A program made the translations under genes and the position numbers. Of a stretch of DNA of 64,000 nt, positions 26,401 to 37,689 are shown piece after piece. Each line of letters opens with the position of its first letter. Within the stretch, counting starts at the first letter, position 1. A model generated the notes under the pieces. That model was given only the letters and a program-made list of their open reading frames with translations. It did no database searches and was not told the DNA's origin. The stretch comes from Macrostomum lignano (taxonomy: Eukaryota), in NCBI GenBank assembly GCA_002269645.1, contig NIVC01001167.1, forward strand, positions 124,001-188,000. The letters run 5' to 3'.

Positions 26401-27981
26401 ATTTCCCTCTACTCCCCTCTCCTCCCCTCTCTTCCCCTGTCCTCCCCTCTCTTCCTTCTCTCTTCCCCTCTCTTCCCCTCCCTTCCCTTCCATTTTTCCT
26501 ATTTCTTTTTCTTAACGCTAGCTATTTCATAGCATAAAAGAACAGAAAGAAAGAATTTCATAGATTTATTCGCCTTTCTCTCTCCGTCTCCCTCCTCCCA
26601 GGCCGCTCAGTTCGGGAACTTGCAATGCCTGCACTGGCTACTTGAGCAAGGCGCAGATCCAAACGCTCAGGACGGTGAGACCCAGGCCTGGCTTTATCTA
26701 ACCCTAATTGCCCTTATCTATCCTAATCTACTCCTTATTGAAACTACCCGTATCTACCAAAAATACGCCTATTACCCCAGCCGAGGGCAACACGCCCGGC
26801 CACTGGACAAATTTGTCCGGTCAAGCCGAGTGCTTCGCCTGTTGGTTGCGTCACGGCGGCGACTCCGAGCTGGCAAACCTGATGGGCGAGAACTGTGCCC
26901 AGGTGAGTGACGGGTGAGGGAATGCACTAGCAGAGAATGGCTGCCGAATTTGAGGGAAATCAAAACCGGACACTCATTTTGGCGCCATCCGGAATCCAGA
27001 CACTCGTTGTGGCGCCATCCGGACACTCGTTGTGGCGCCATCCGGACACTCATTGTGCCGCCATCCGGACACTGATTGTGGCGCCATCCGGACACGTGGC
27101 GCCATCCGGACACTTATTGTGGCGCCATCCGGACACGTGGCGCCATCCGGACACTTATTGTGGCGCCATCCGGATACTCATTTTGGCGCCATCCGGACAC
27201 TCATTGTGGCGCCATCCGATCCGGACACTTATTGTGGCGCCATCCGGACACTCATTGTGACGCCATCCAGACACTCATTGTGGCGCCATCCGGACACTCA
27301 TTGTGGCGCCATCAGGACACTCATTTTGGGGCCATCTGGACACTCATTGTGGCGCTATCCAGATGCTCATTTTGCCGCTATCCGGACACTCATTGTGACG
27401 CCATCCAGACACTCATTGTGGCGCCATCCGGACACTCATTGTGGCGCCATCAGGACACTCATTTTGGGGCCATCTGGACACTCATTGTGGCGCTATCCAG
27501 ATGCTCATTTTGCCGCTATCCGGACACTCATTGTGGCGCCATCCGGACACTCTTTGTGGCGCTATCCGGACACTCATTGTGGTGCTATCCGGACACTCAT
27601 TGTGGCACCATCCGGACACTCATTTTGGCGCCATCCGGACACTCATTTTGTCAGCTAGACTTATTATCGAAACTTTGCTCTCCTCAGGCCGCAAGGCGCG
27701 CCGGCCACCCGGTTCTCATGGCAACGGTTGTCAAGCAACCTACCGACAACGCCGCCAAGTCTCCTTCGTGCCCGCTGTGCGTTGAGAAGGACCGCAAGTG
27801 GAAATGGGAGCAGGCGCACCAGTCGGCACCGGTGCTGCGCGCCATGGGCGCCAGCGCGCGCCGCGTGTACACAGACCCGCTGGGCGACTATCGCGCCAAT
27901 TTGAATCGGCGCAGTCAGGACTCGCGCGGACTCAGGTCGGCAGGCGCCCAGGCGCCACCGCTCAAGCCGCGACTTCGCTGA
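23418..27981 (+). CDS. Ankyrin-repeat protein (about 8-9 repeats; start codon not located)
   Basis: Exons 23418-23579, 23857-24246, 25793-26014, 26602-26674, 26781-26902, 27688-27981, GT-AG and in phase (1263 nt = 420 aa + stop). Motifs include LLHVACGFGHLEVVRELL, RPLHEAV, SAVHAAC, TPAHLAA, TPAHWAA, QGADPNAQD. The first visible exon begins after an AG and contains no Met. Confidence 0.88.
24330..25630. repeat. 15-bp purine-rich minisatellite GGGGAGAGGGAGACA
   Basis: Ankyrin intron 24247-25792. Confidence 0.93.
26050..26500. repeat. 10-bp pyrimidine repeat CTCTTCCCCT
   Basis: Ankyrin intron 26015-26601. Confidence 0.93.
26965..27650. repeat. 23-bp minisatellite TGGCGCCATCCGGACACTCATTG
   Basis: Ankyrin intron 26903-27687. 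Confidence 0.92.
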
Positions 27982-28064
27982 ATCTCCGGACTTATATTGG
28001 GGATTCTTGTGCGATTTTGGGATTCTCGGGATTGGGATAATAGAGTCTTGGTATAGGGGAGATT

Positions 28065-28590
28065 GAGATTGAGATTGAGATTGAGAGGCTTAGAGACATT
28101 AGGATTTGAAATTTTAGGATCTTGAGATTTTATGATTTTGGGAATTTTTTTGATTTCAGGAATTTCGGGGAGTTTGGGGATTTTTGAGATTTGGGGATTT
28201 TCGGGATTTTAGGATTTTTGGATTTTAGGATTTTTGGGATTTTTGGATTCCGGTAATTTTGAGATTTTAGGGATTTTGTGGATTTCTCGATTTTGGGGAT
28301 CGCAGGGATTTTAAGGGCTATGTGGATTTTCGGTGTTTTAGGATTCGAGGGATTTTAGGGATGTTGAGATTTTAGGGACTTCCGGGATTTTAGGATGTTG
28401 GGGATTTTGGGATTTTTTGGATTTTGGGATTTTGGGATTTTGGGATTTTTTGGATTTTGGGATTTTGGAAATTTCGGGATTTTGCGGATTCTTTTATTTT
28501 GGGTATTTTAAGATGTTGGGATGTTGGGGATGTTAGGGATTTCGGAAGTTGTTCGGGGATTTTAGTGATATTATTATTTGGGGAATTTGG
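28065..28590. repeat. Degenerate GGGATTTT low-complexity repeat
   Basis: Downstream of the ankyrin stop codon. Confidence 0.75.
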
Positions 28591-29017
28591 GATCGAGGAA
28601 AGGATGACTGAATCCAGATACCAAAGAAGCTGTTGTGTTCAAAACTCTAGGATTTGGACTAATTTTTCTGCACCACCTATACGTGGTGACTCACCTGTAG
28701 CTTATATTACTCGTCAAGTATTTCAAAACGTCAATCACAATATTTTATTTTTTTAATTCATCTGCGCTTTTTTGTTTAATTTAAATTTAAATTGTAGTAA
28801 AATCTCACGGCGAAATATAATGCTCGTATAAACAAAAATTTTGTTTTATAAACTAATTGGAGTTTAAAAACTGTTTGTACACAATTTTGTATTTAAAAAT
28901 AAATTAAGAAAAAAAAATTCAAATTTTATTCTGATGCTGTTCAAGTCTCGACAGACAATTGGATTTTGACAATTACTCGCATTACCGTTTAGAATTCAAT
29001 TACGAGATATTTCATCG

Positions 29018-29382
29018 CACGGGCGTCGCCACGGATTTTACGGTGGGGGGGGGACAAAGCCAAGAATTCTAGATGTACATGTACATGACGAAATTCCTAC
29101 ATGTACATTTTTTCAGAATTGGTGTTGTCAGCACTCATTTTAGCACTGCAGGGACTAATTCTAGTGCCGCAGGCACTCATTTTAGCGCCGCAGGCACACA
29201 TTTTAGCGCCGCAGGCACTCATTTTAGCGCTGCAGTCGCTATTTTATCACCATGCAGCAAAAATTTTTGATTTTCACAACGGGCCACAAGGTGGGGGTGG
29301 GGGGACAAAGCATTGGTATGTCCCCCCCAGATCTTTTACTGGAGGGGACATGTCCCCCTGTCCCCCCGTTGGCGACGCCCTG
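29018..29382. mobile_element. hAT-type MITE (365 bp)
   Basis: TIRs CACGGGCGTCGCCA / TGGCGACGCCCTG. Perfect 8-bp direct repeat TTTCATCG on both sides (29010-29017, 29383-29390). An 8-bp TSD is characteristic of hAT elements. No coding capacity. Confidence 0.85.
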
Positions 29383-30004
29383 TTTCATCGAGACTGTTTC
29401 TAAAAAGTACTGAGTGTCACGTGCTATTACAACATTATAATGTACGAGCTATTTTAAAGCCAAGACTTATTTTATTGGCTCTAAACACCCAGATTAAATC
29501 CTCCAACCGCGCCTTTCCAGACTTTCCACACTTACCCCACCCCCCCTGCCCCCGCCCGCCACAAATTTAATTGCCTTTCTCGGAATTCCAGCCTAAAACC
29601 GCCATGTACATTTCAGTGGACTGGCTAATGTACATTATTGCTGAACCAATTAGCAAGTTTGTGTTTACGCCTGCAAGCTTGGGGCTTCAAAGCTTATCAA
29701 AGTCATTTCAGCTGCCTTTTTACGAGCTAGTAAACACAATAAAAATGAATAGGCCTTCACGTTTTTCTGCATGTATTGATGAATTCCATTCCCTTTTCTA
29801 GTTGTCCTTAGCTTTTTATTGAGAAATGTTTAATTAAGAGGAATTAGTTTCTTCTTGAGTGCCATAATTTGTTGAAAGGCCACTCTGTCGCCACTTGCCA
29901 GTCAATCATGTGAAGATGTTTTTTTTTAAATTTCAAATTTTCGGAAAAAAATTGAAAAAATGTATATTGAAACAATCGTTCGGGTGCTCGGGTCATGGTC
30001 AGCC

Positions 30005-33000
30005 CTGTCACTCCACTGATTCCCGGTCACTCCACTGTTTATCGGTAACTCCATTGTCGCCCCACTGTTTCCCGGCCACTCCATTGTCACTCCACTGATT
30101 CCCGGTAACTCCATTGTCACTCCACTGATTCCCGGTAGCTCCATTGTCGCTCCACTGATTCCCGGTAACTCCATTGTCGCTCCACTGATTCCCGGTAACT
30201 CCATTGTCGCTCCACTGATTCCCGGTAACTCCATTGTCGCTCCACTGATTCCCGGTAACTCCATTGTCACTCCACTGATTCCCGGTAACTCCATTGTCGC
30301 TCCACTGATTCCCGGTCACTCCATTGTCACTCCACTGATTCCCGGTCACTCCATTGTCACTCCACTGATTCCCGGTAACTCCATTGTCACTCCACTGATT
30401 CCCGGTAACTCCATTGTCGCTCCACTGATTCCCGGTAACTCCATTGTCACTCCACTGATTCCCGGTAACTTCATTGTCGCTCCACTGATTCCCGGTCACT
30501 CCATTGTCGCTCCACTGATTCCCGGTCACTCCATTGTCACTCCACTGATTCCCGGTCACTCCATTGTCACTCCACTGATTCCCGGTAACTCCATTGTCGC
30601 TCCACTGATTCCCGGTAACTCCATTGTCACTCCACTGATTCCCGGTAACTCCATTGTCGCTCCACTGATTCCCGGTCACTCCATTGTCACTCCACTGATT
30701 CCCGGTCACTCCATTGTCACTCCACTGATTCCCGGTAACTCCATTGTCACTCCACTGATTCCCGGTAACTCCATTGTCGCTCCACTGATTCCCGGTAACT
30801 CCATTGTCACTCCACTGATTCCCGGTAACTCCATTGTCACTCCACTGATTCCCGGTCACTCCATTGTCACTCCACTGATTCCCGGTCACTCCATTGTCGC
30901 TCCACTGATTCCCGGTCACTCCATTGTCACTCCACTGATTCCCGGTAACTCCATTGTCACTCCACTGATTCCCGGTAACTCCATTGTCGCTCCACTGATT
31001 CCCGGTAACTCCATTGTCGCTCCACTGATTCCCGGTAACTCCATTGTCACTCCACTGATTCCCGGTAACTCCATTGTCGCTCCACTGATTCCCGGTAACT
31101 CCATTGTCGCTCCACTGATTCCCGGTAACTCCATTGTCGCTCCACTGATTCCCGGTAACTCCATTGTCGCTCCACTGATTCCCGGTCACTCCATTGTCAC
31201 TCCACTGATTCCCGGTAACTCCATTGTCGCTCCACTGATTCCCGGTAACTCCATTGTCACTCCACTGATTCCCGGTAACTCCATTGTCGCTCCACTGATT
31301 CCCGGTCACTCCATTGTCGCTCCACTGATTCCCGGTAACTCCATTGTCGCTCCACTGATTCCCGGTAACTCCATTGTCACTCCACTGATTCCCGGTCACT
31401 CCATTGTCACTCCACTGATTCCCGGTAACTCCATTGTCGCTCCACTGATTCCCGGTAACTCCATTGTCGCTCCACTGATTCCCGGTAACTCCATTGTCAC
31501 TCCACTGATTCCCGGTCACTCCATTGTCACTCCACTGATTCCCGGTAACTCCATTGTCGCTCCACTGATTCCCGGTAACTCCATTGTCACTCCACTGATT
31601 CCCGGTAACTCCATTGTCGCTCCACTGATTCCCGGTAACTCCATTGTCGCTCCACTGATTCCCGGTAACTCCATTGTCGCTCCACTGATTCCCGGTCACT
31701 CCATTGTCACTCCACTGATTCCCGGTCACTCCATTGTCACTCCACTGATTCCCGGTAACTCCATTGTCGCTCCACTGATTCCCGGTAACTCCATTGTCGC
31801 TCCACTGATTCCCGGTAACTCCATTGTCACTCCACTGATTCCCGGTAACTCCATTGTCACTCCACTGATTCCCGGTAACTCCATTGTCACTCCACTGATT
31901 CCCGGTCACTCCATTGTCGCTCCACTGATTCCCGGTAACTCCATTGTCGCTCCACTGATTCCCGGTAACTCAATTGTCGCTCCACTGATTCCCGGTCACT
32001 CCATTGTCACTCCACTGATTCCCGGTCACTCCATTGTCACTCCACTGATTCCCGGTAACTCCATTGTCGCTCCACTGATTCCCGGTAACTCCATTGTCAC
32101 TCCACTGATTCCCGGTCACTCCATTGTCGCTCCACTGATTCCCGGTAACTCCATTGTCGCTCCACTGATTCCCGGTAACTCCATTGTCGCTCCACTGATT
32201 CCCGGTCACTCCATTGTCACTCCACTGATTCCCGGTCACTCCATTGTCACTCCACTGATTCCCGGTAACTCCATTGTCGCTCCACTGATTCCCGGTAACT
32301 CCATTGTCGCTCCACTGATTCCCGGTAACTCCATTGTCGCTCCACTGATTCCCGGTAACTCCATTGTCGCTCCACTGATTCCCGGTCACTCCATTGTCAC
32401 TCCACTGATTCCCGGTCACTCCATTGTCACTCCACTGATTCCCGGTAACTCCATTGTCACTCCACTGATTCCCGGTAACTCAATTGTCACTCCACTGATT
32501 CCCGGTAACTCCATTGTCGCTCCACTGATTCCCGGTAACTCCATTGTCACTCCACTGATTCCCGGTAACTCCATTGTCGCTCCACTGATTCCCGGTCACT
32601 CCATTGTCACTCCACTGATTCCCGGTCACTCCATTGTCGCTCCACTGATTCCCGGTAACTCCATTGTCACTCCACTGATTCCCGGTAACTCCATTGTCGC
32701 TCCACTGATTCCCGGTAACTCCATTGTCACTCCACTGATTCCCGGTAACTCCATTGTCACTCCACTGATTCCCGGTCACTCCATTGTCACTCCACTGATT
32801 CCCGGTCACTCCATTGTCACTCCACTGATTCCCGGTAACTCCATTGTCGCTCCACTGATTCCCGGTAACTCCATTGTCGCTCCACTGATTCCCGGTAACT
32901 CCATTGTCGCTCCACTGATTCCCGGTCACTCCATTGTCGCTCCACTGATTCCCGGTCACTCCATTGTCACTCCACTGATTCCCGGTAACTCCATTGTCAC

Positions 33001-34735
33001 TCCACTGATTCCCGGTCACTCCATTGTCACTCCACTGATTCCCGGTCACTCCATTGTCGCTCCACTGATTTCCGGTCACTCCATTGTCACTCCACTGATT
33101 CCCGGTCACTCCATTGTCACTCCACTGATTCCCGGTAACTCCATTGTCGCTCCTCTGATTCCCGGTAACTCCATTGTCGCTCCACTGATTCCCGGTAACT
33201 CCATTGTCACTCCACTGATTCCCGGTAACTCCATTGTCGCTCCACTGATTCCCGGTAACTCCATTGTCGCTCCACTGATTCCCGGTAACTCCATTGTCGC
33301 TCCACTGATTCCCGGTCACTCCATTGTCACTCCACTGATTCCCGGTAACTCCATTGTCACTCCACTGATTCCCGGTAACTCCATTGTCGCTCCACTGATT
33401 CCCGGTAACTCCATTGTCACTCCACTGATTCCCGGTAACTCCATTGTCACTCCACTGATTCCCGGTAACTCCATTGTCACTCCACTGATTCCCGGTAACT
33501 CCATTGTCGCTCCACTGATTCCCGGTAACTCCATTGTCACTCCACTGATTCCCGGTAACTCCATTGTCGCTCCACTGATTCCCGGTAACTCCATTGTCGC
33601 TCCACTGATTCCCGGTAACTCCATTGTCGCTCCACTGATTCCCGGTCACTCCATTGTCACTCCACTGATTCCCGGTCACTCCATTGTCACTCCACTGATT
33701 CCCGGTAACTCCATTGTCGCTCCACTGATTCCCGGTCACTCCATTGTCACTCCACTGATTCCCGGTAACTCCATTGTCGCTCCACTGATTCCCGATAACT
33801 CCATTGTCGCTCCACTGATTCCCGGTAACTCCATTGTCACTCCACTGATTCCCGGTCACTCCATTGTCACTCCACTGATTCACGGTCACTCCATTGTCGC
33901 TCCACTGATTCCCGGTAACTCCATTGTCGCTCCACTGATTCCCGGTAACTCCATTGTCGCTCCACTGATTCCCGGTAACTCCATTGTCGCTCCACTGATT
34001 CCCGGTAACTCCATTGTCGCTCCACTGATTCCCGGTCACTCCATTGTCACTCCACTGATTCCCGGTCACTCCATTGTCACTCCACTGATTCCCGGTAACT
34101 CCATTGTCACTCCACTGATTCCCGGTAACTCCATTGTCACTCCACTGATTCCCGGTAACTCCATTGTCGCTCCACTGATTCCCGGTAACTCCATTGTCAC
34201 TCCACTGATTCCCGGTAACTCCATTGTCGCTCCACTGATTCCCGGTCACTCCATTGTCACTCCACTGATTCCCGGTCACTCCATTGTCGCTCCACTGATT
34301 CCCGGTAACTCCATTGTCACTCCACTGATTCCCGGTAACTCCATTGTCGCTCCACTGATTCCCGGTAACTCCATTGTCACTCCACTGATTCCCGGTAACT
34401 CCATTGTCACTCCACTGATTCCCGGTCACTCCATTGTCACTCCACTGATTCCCGGTCACTCCATTGTCACTCCACTGATTCCCGGTAACTCCATTGTCGC
34501 TCCACTGATTCCCGGTAACTCCATTGTCGCTCCACTGATTCCCGGTAACTCCATTGTCGCTCCACTGATTCCCGGTCACTCCATTGTCGCTCCACTGATT
34601 CCCGGTCACTCCATTGTCACTCCACTGATTCCCGGTCACTCCACTGTTTATCAGTCACTCCATTGTCACTCCATTGTCTACCGGTCACTCCACTGGCACT
34701 CCACTGTTTCCCTGTCACTCAATGTCAACTCCACA
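30005..34735. repeat. 30-bp satellite TCCACTGATTCCCGGT(A/C)ACTCCATTGTC(A/G)C, about 150 copies
   Basis: Highly homogeneous array with degenerate ends. Confidence 0.98.
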
Positions 34736-35290
34736 CTGTTTCCATGTCACTCCGAAATCTTGCCATTGACAATCGTCGCAGCATGCAGATTGAATATGGT
34801 GGGTAGTGTATGATAGTATTAAATGGAGCGCTCGACTTCTTAAATTAAAAAACGCATAGTACTTTAACCAGTAGTATACTTAAAACAGTATATTTAGAAA
34901 ATAATAATTGTCAGACTTAATCTTTTGTTTAGGCTCGCTTATATACACGATTAATCTTCAACTTTCTCCTCATTTCGCTGACGATTTTACAGCGAACCGT
35001 TGACCACTGATCGACAAACAAAAACTAAAAAAACACAGCAGAAAGTTTTATACAACTTAAACCACTAGCTTTTGGCTGATGCCGACTGTACACATTTAAT
35101 AGTACTAACTAATTTAATAGTCTAGGGCAGCGATGGGATGCAGCTCGCACTGCTGCAACGGGATTGCAGGGTGGAAGAGTTTGGCTTGAGAGCTCGATAT
35201 TCTCTAAGCACTAGCAAATAACTCAGTAGCAACTGAATTCAGAAATCTGCAGCATTCCGTTAAGCAGGCTGTAAAAAACAGGAAAGTAAA

Positions 35291-37584
35291 ATGCGAGCCC
35301 GACTCCGCACGGTGACCGGTGCCGCCCAGGAGGTGGCTGGCATCACGAGAACCCACGGCTTGCTGCACATCTTTCTGTCCAGAAGCACAGCTCGACGGAT
35401 CTTCTGGCTGCTTCTGTTCGTAGCTGCGCTGATCGGCTGCACCGTCCACCTGGCAAAGTTGGTGCAGAAGTTCACCGATCGCTCCGTTGAGTCGCAGCTG
35501 AAGCTGAGGAGCGAACGAGCCCAGTTTCCCGACGTCACAATCTGCAACTTCAAGCCCGCTTCTACTGGCTTAATGGAGGGGTTTTTTTTGAACGATACAT
35601 GGAAATCTTCTGGGGCAACTTCACCAACTGGTTCCAGGAGGACACCAAGAAGCGCCCGCAAGAATCAGAGGAAGGCTACGAAAATCGACTTGAGAAGGTG
35701 TGTAAGAAGCTCCTGGACGTGATGTGGGTGTCGGGCGACACCAGAGACGTCTCCCACCTCGATAAGACCATGCTGCTGAGCTGCCGCTACAACAACGAGC
35801 CCTGCAGTCACAAGAACTTCTCGCTTGTCCAGACCAGCCGGTTCTGGAGCTGCTACACGTTCCACCCGGACCCGGGGCAGTCGTCCAGCGGTCCTGGGGG
35901 CAGGGGAGCCGAGCTCGACATGGTGCTCTTCACCGACGGATACCACAAAGTTTCTATGGAAGACAATTTAATCGAAAACGACTTAGAATATTTGTCCCAA
36001 TCTTGCTCTACTCGCCTATTTAAATGCAGCAATGATGTCAACCGGGTGCTGCAGAACAACGAGCTCCAGTCCACTGGATTGCGCGTTTTCGTTCACGAGG
36101 CGAAAAGCTACCCAATGAGTCGTACGTAATTTTTGCTTTGCTACCTGCAAGTTTACGAGTATTATTCTAACAGTAAAAAAGCAGACCGCAAGCAGCAGCA
36201 AAGGTTGGTCTCATTTGCAGAGCCTAACCCAGTTGCTTGTCGTAATTATGTAATATTATTTATTTCTATTTTAGGATAGAGTCTGAAACAATTTTTATGT
36301 TACGGTTAAGAACTCTTCGTTCCAAACCAGTCTCATAGCCCATGCCAAACCCATGCCAAACCAGTCTCACAACCCATGCCAAACCAGTCTCACAGCCCAT
36401 GCCAAACCAGTCTCACAGCCCATGCCAAACCCATGCCAAACCAGTCTCACAGCCCATGCCAAACCCATGCCAAACCGCAGAGACCGAGTTCGTGGACGTG
36501 GCCTCAGCCACCAGCACCTCCATCAAACTCAGGCCGGTCCACAACCGACTCATGTCGAAGCCCAGCCGCAGATGCTCCGAGCCTCCAATCGAAACCATCA
36601 ACTATGTCAGGCACTTCTCCAACGCCTCGCTGAACGTGGTCACCAAGGCCTACTCAAAGTCCGTCTCCGATTTCGTAGTCGAGGCACAGCAGAGCATCCT
36701 GCACAGCAACTGCGGCTGCTATTCGCACCTGCTCGCGTTCTCGGTGAATACGAGCGACCTGTGCTACTTCGCTCCACCGCAGGAGTGGATCACCCCATCG
36801 GATGCTGTGCTCAAGAGAATTGACTGCCATGATCACTGGTTTGAGCACGCACAGAGGCAAAGCCAAGAGCTGGCGAAGGAGTTCCAACACCGGATGTGGT
36901 GCCAGTTCACTCAGCAACGGCCTTGGCAGCAGAGCCGCAGGTGGCCCCCGTTCAGCGCCATTCAAGAGATCTGGGAGAACCTGATGGTGCCGCAAGTCAG
37001 ACATGGAGTCGAGTTCCTGCCCGAGGATGGCAAAGTGCATCATATCTATAGGAATAATACAGGTAACTATACCAGACAGGTATTGCAACTAATACTGCTG
37101 GGACTTGTAGAAAAGTGCGACAGAAAAGGAATAAGTTTAAAAGATTTGGTTATGTCGAGTACGATTTGCGTTAAGCGTGACGAATTGGCCAAAAACCTGG
37201 CAGCAGTCCGCATCAGCTTGCAGAATCCTGCAGCGGACGTCTACGAAGAGAAGTACAAATACCACTGGACCGAGGCCCTGTCGGAGGTGAGAGTTGCATT
37301 CCGGTTGCAATATTCCCGCATTTGAGGCTGTTGCTCAGACCAAATTGCATGCTCATTTAAAATCGGCCCCAGCAACTTTGTCTCGCTCTGGTTGCCATAG
37401 AGATACTGAGCTGCGCTGTACCAATTTTCAATTTTTTCTCGATATTCCGCAGGTCGGAGGAACTCTGGGACTCTGGCTCGGCATCAGCGTCGTGAGCACA
37501 TTTGAGCTGCTTGAGTTCATCTATATTCTGGTGCAGAGGTGCAGGAGAAATGATGACGACTCGGACACTGAAGAAGAGTCCTGA
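35291..37584 (+). CDS. DEG/ENaC (ASIC/amiloride-sensitive-type) channel subunit, copy A, with an apparent 1-nt frameshift
   Basis: Exons 35291-36121, 36481-37286, 37453-37584. Motifs: TxHG pre-M1, TM1, FPDVTICN, CYTF, GLRVFVH, and TM2 SEVGGTLGLWLGISVVSTFELLEF. The frame breaks at T8 (35582-35589); one extra T restores it and the length relative to copies B and C. Could be a pseudogene or an assembly error. Confidence 0.85.
36322..36476. repeat. Young minisatellite (CCATGCCAAAC +/- CAGTCTCACAG) at the acceptor of ENaC-A intron 1
   Basis: Eight copies of CATGCCAAAC. The equivalent sequence is single-copy in paralogues B and C. Confidence 0.9.
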
Positions 37585-37689
37585 GTTCGAACCGGCAGCT
37601 CTCTGCATAGCGATTTGGATCGGTCACTGGGTTCAGTTTCAATGGCTGCTTCTTTATCACAGGCACAGCAAAAAAATACAAGAAAGTCC

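Noticed and set aside
24276-26515. Pro/Ser/Leu-rich ORFs in ankyrin introns
   Set aside because: Translations of purine/pyrimidine repeats.
29926-34639. Long ORFs (VTGNQWSDNG)n and (MELPGISGAT)n
   Set aside because: Translations of a stop-free 30-bp satellite, with no unique coding flanks or splice context.
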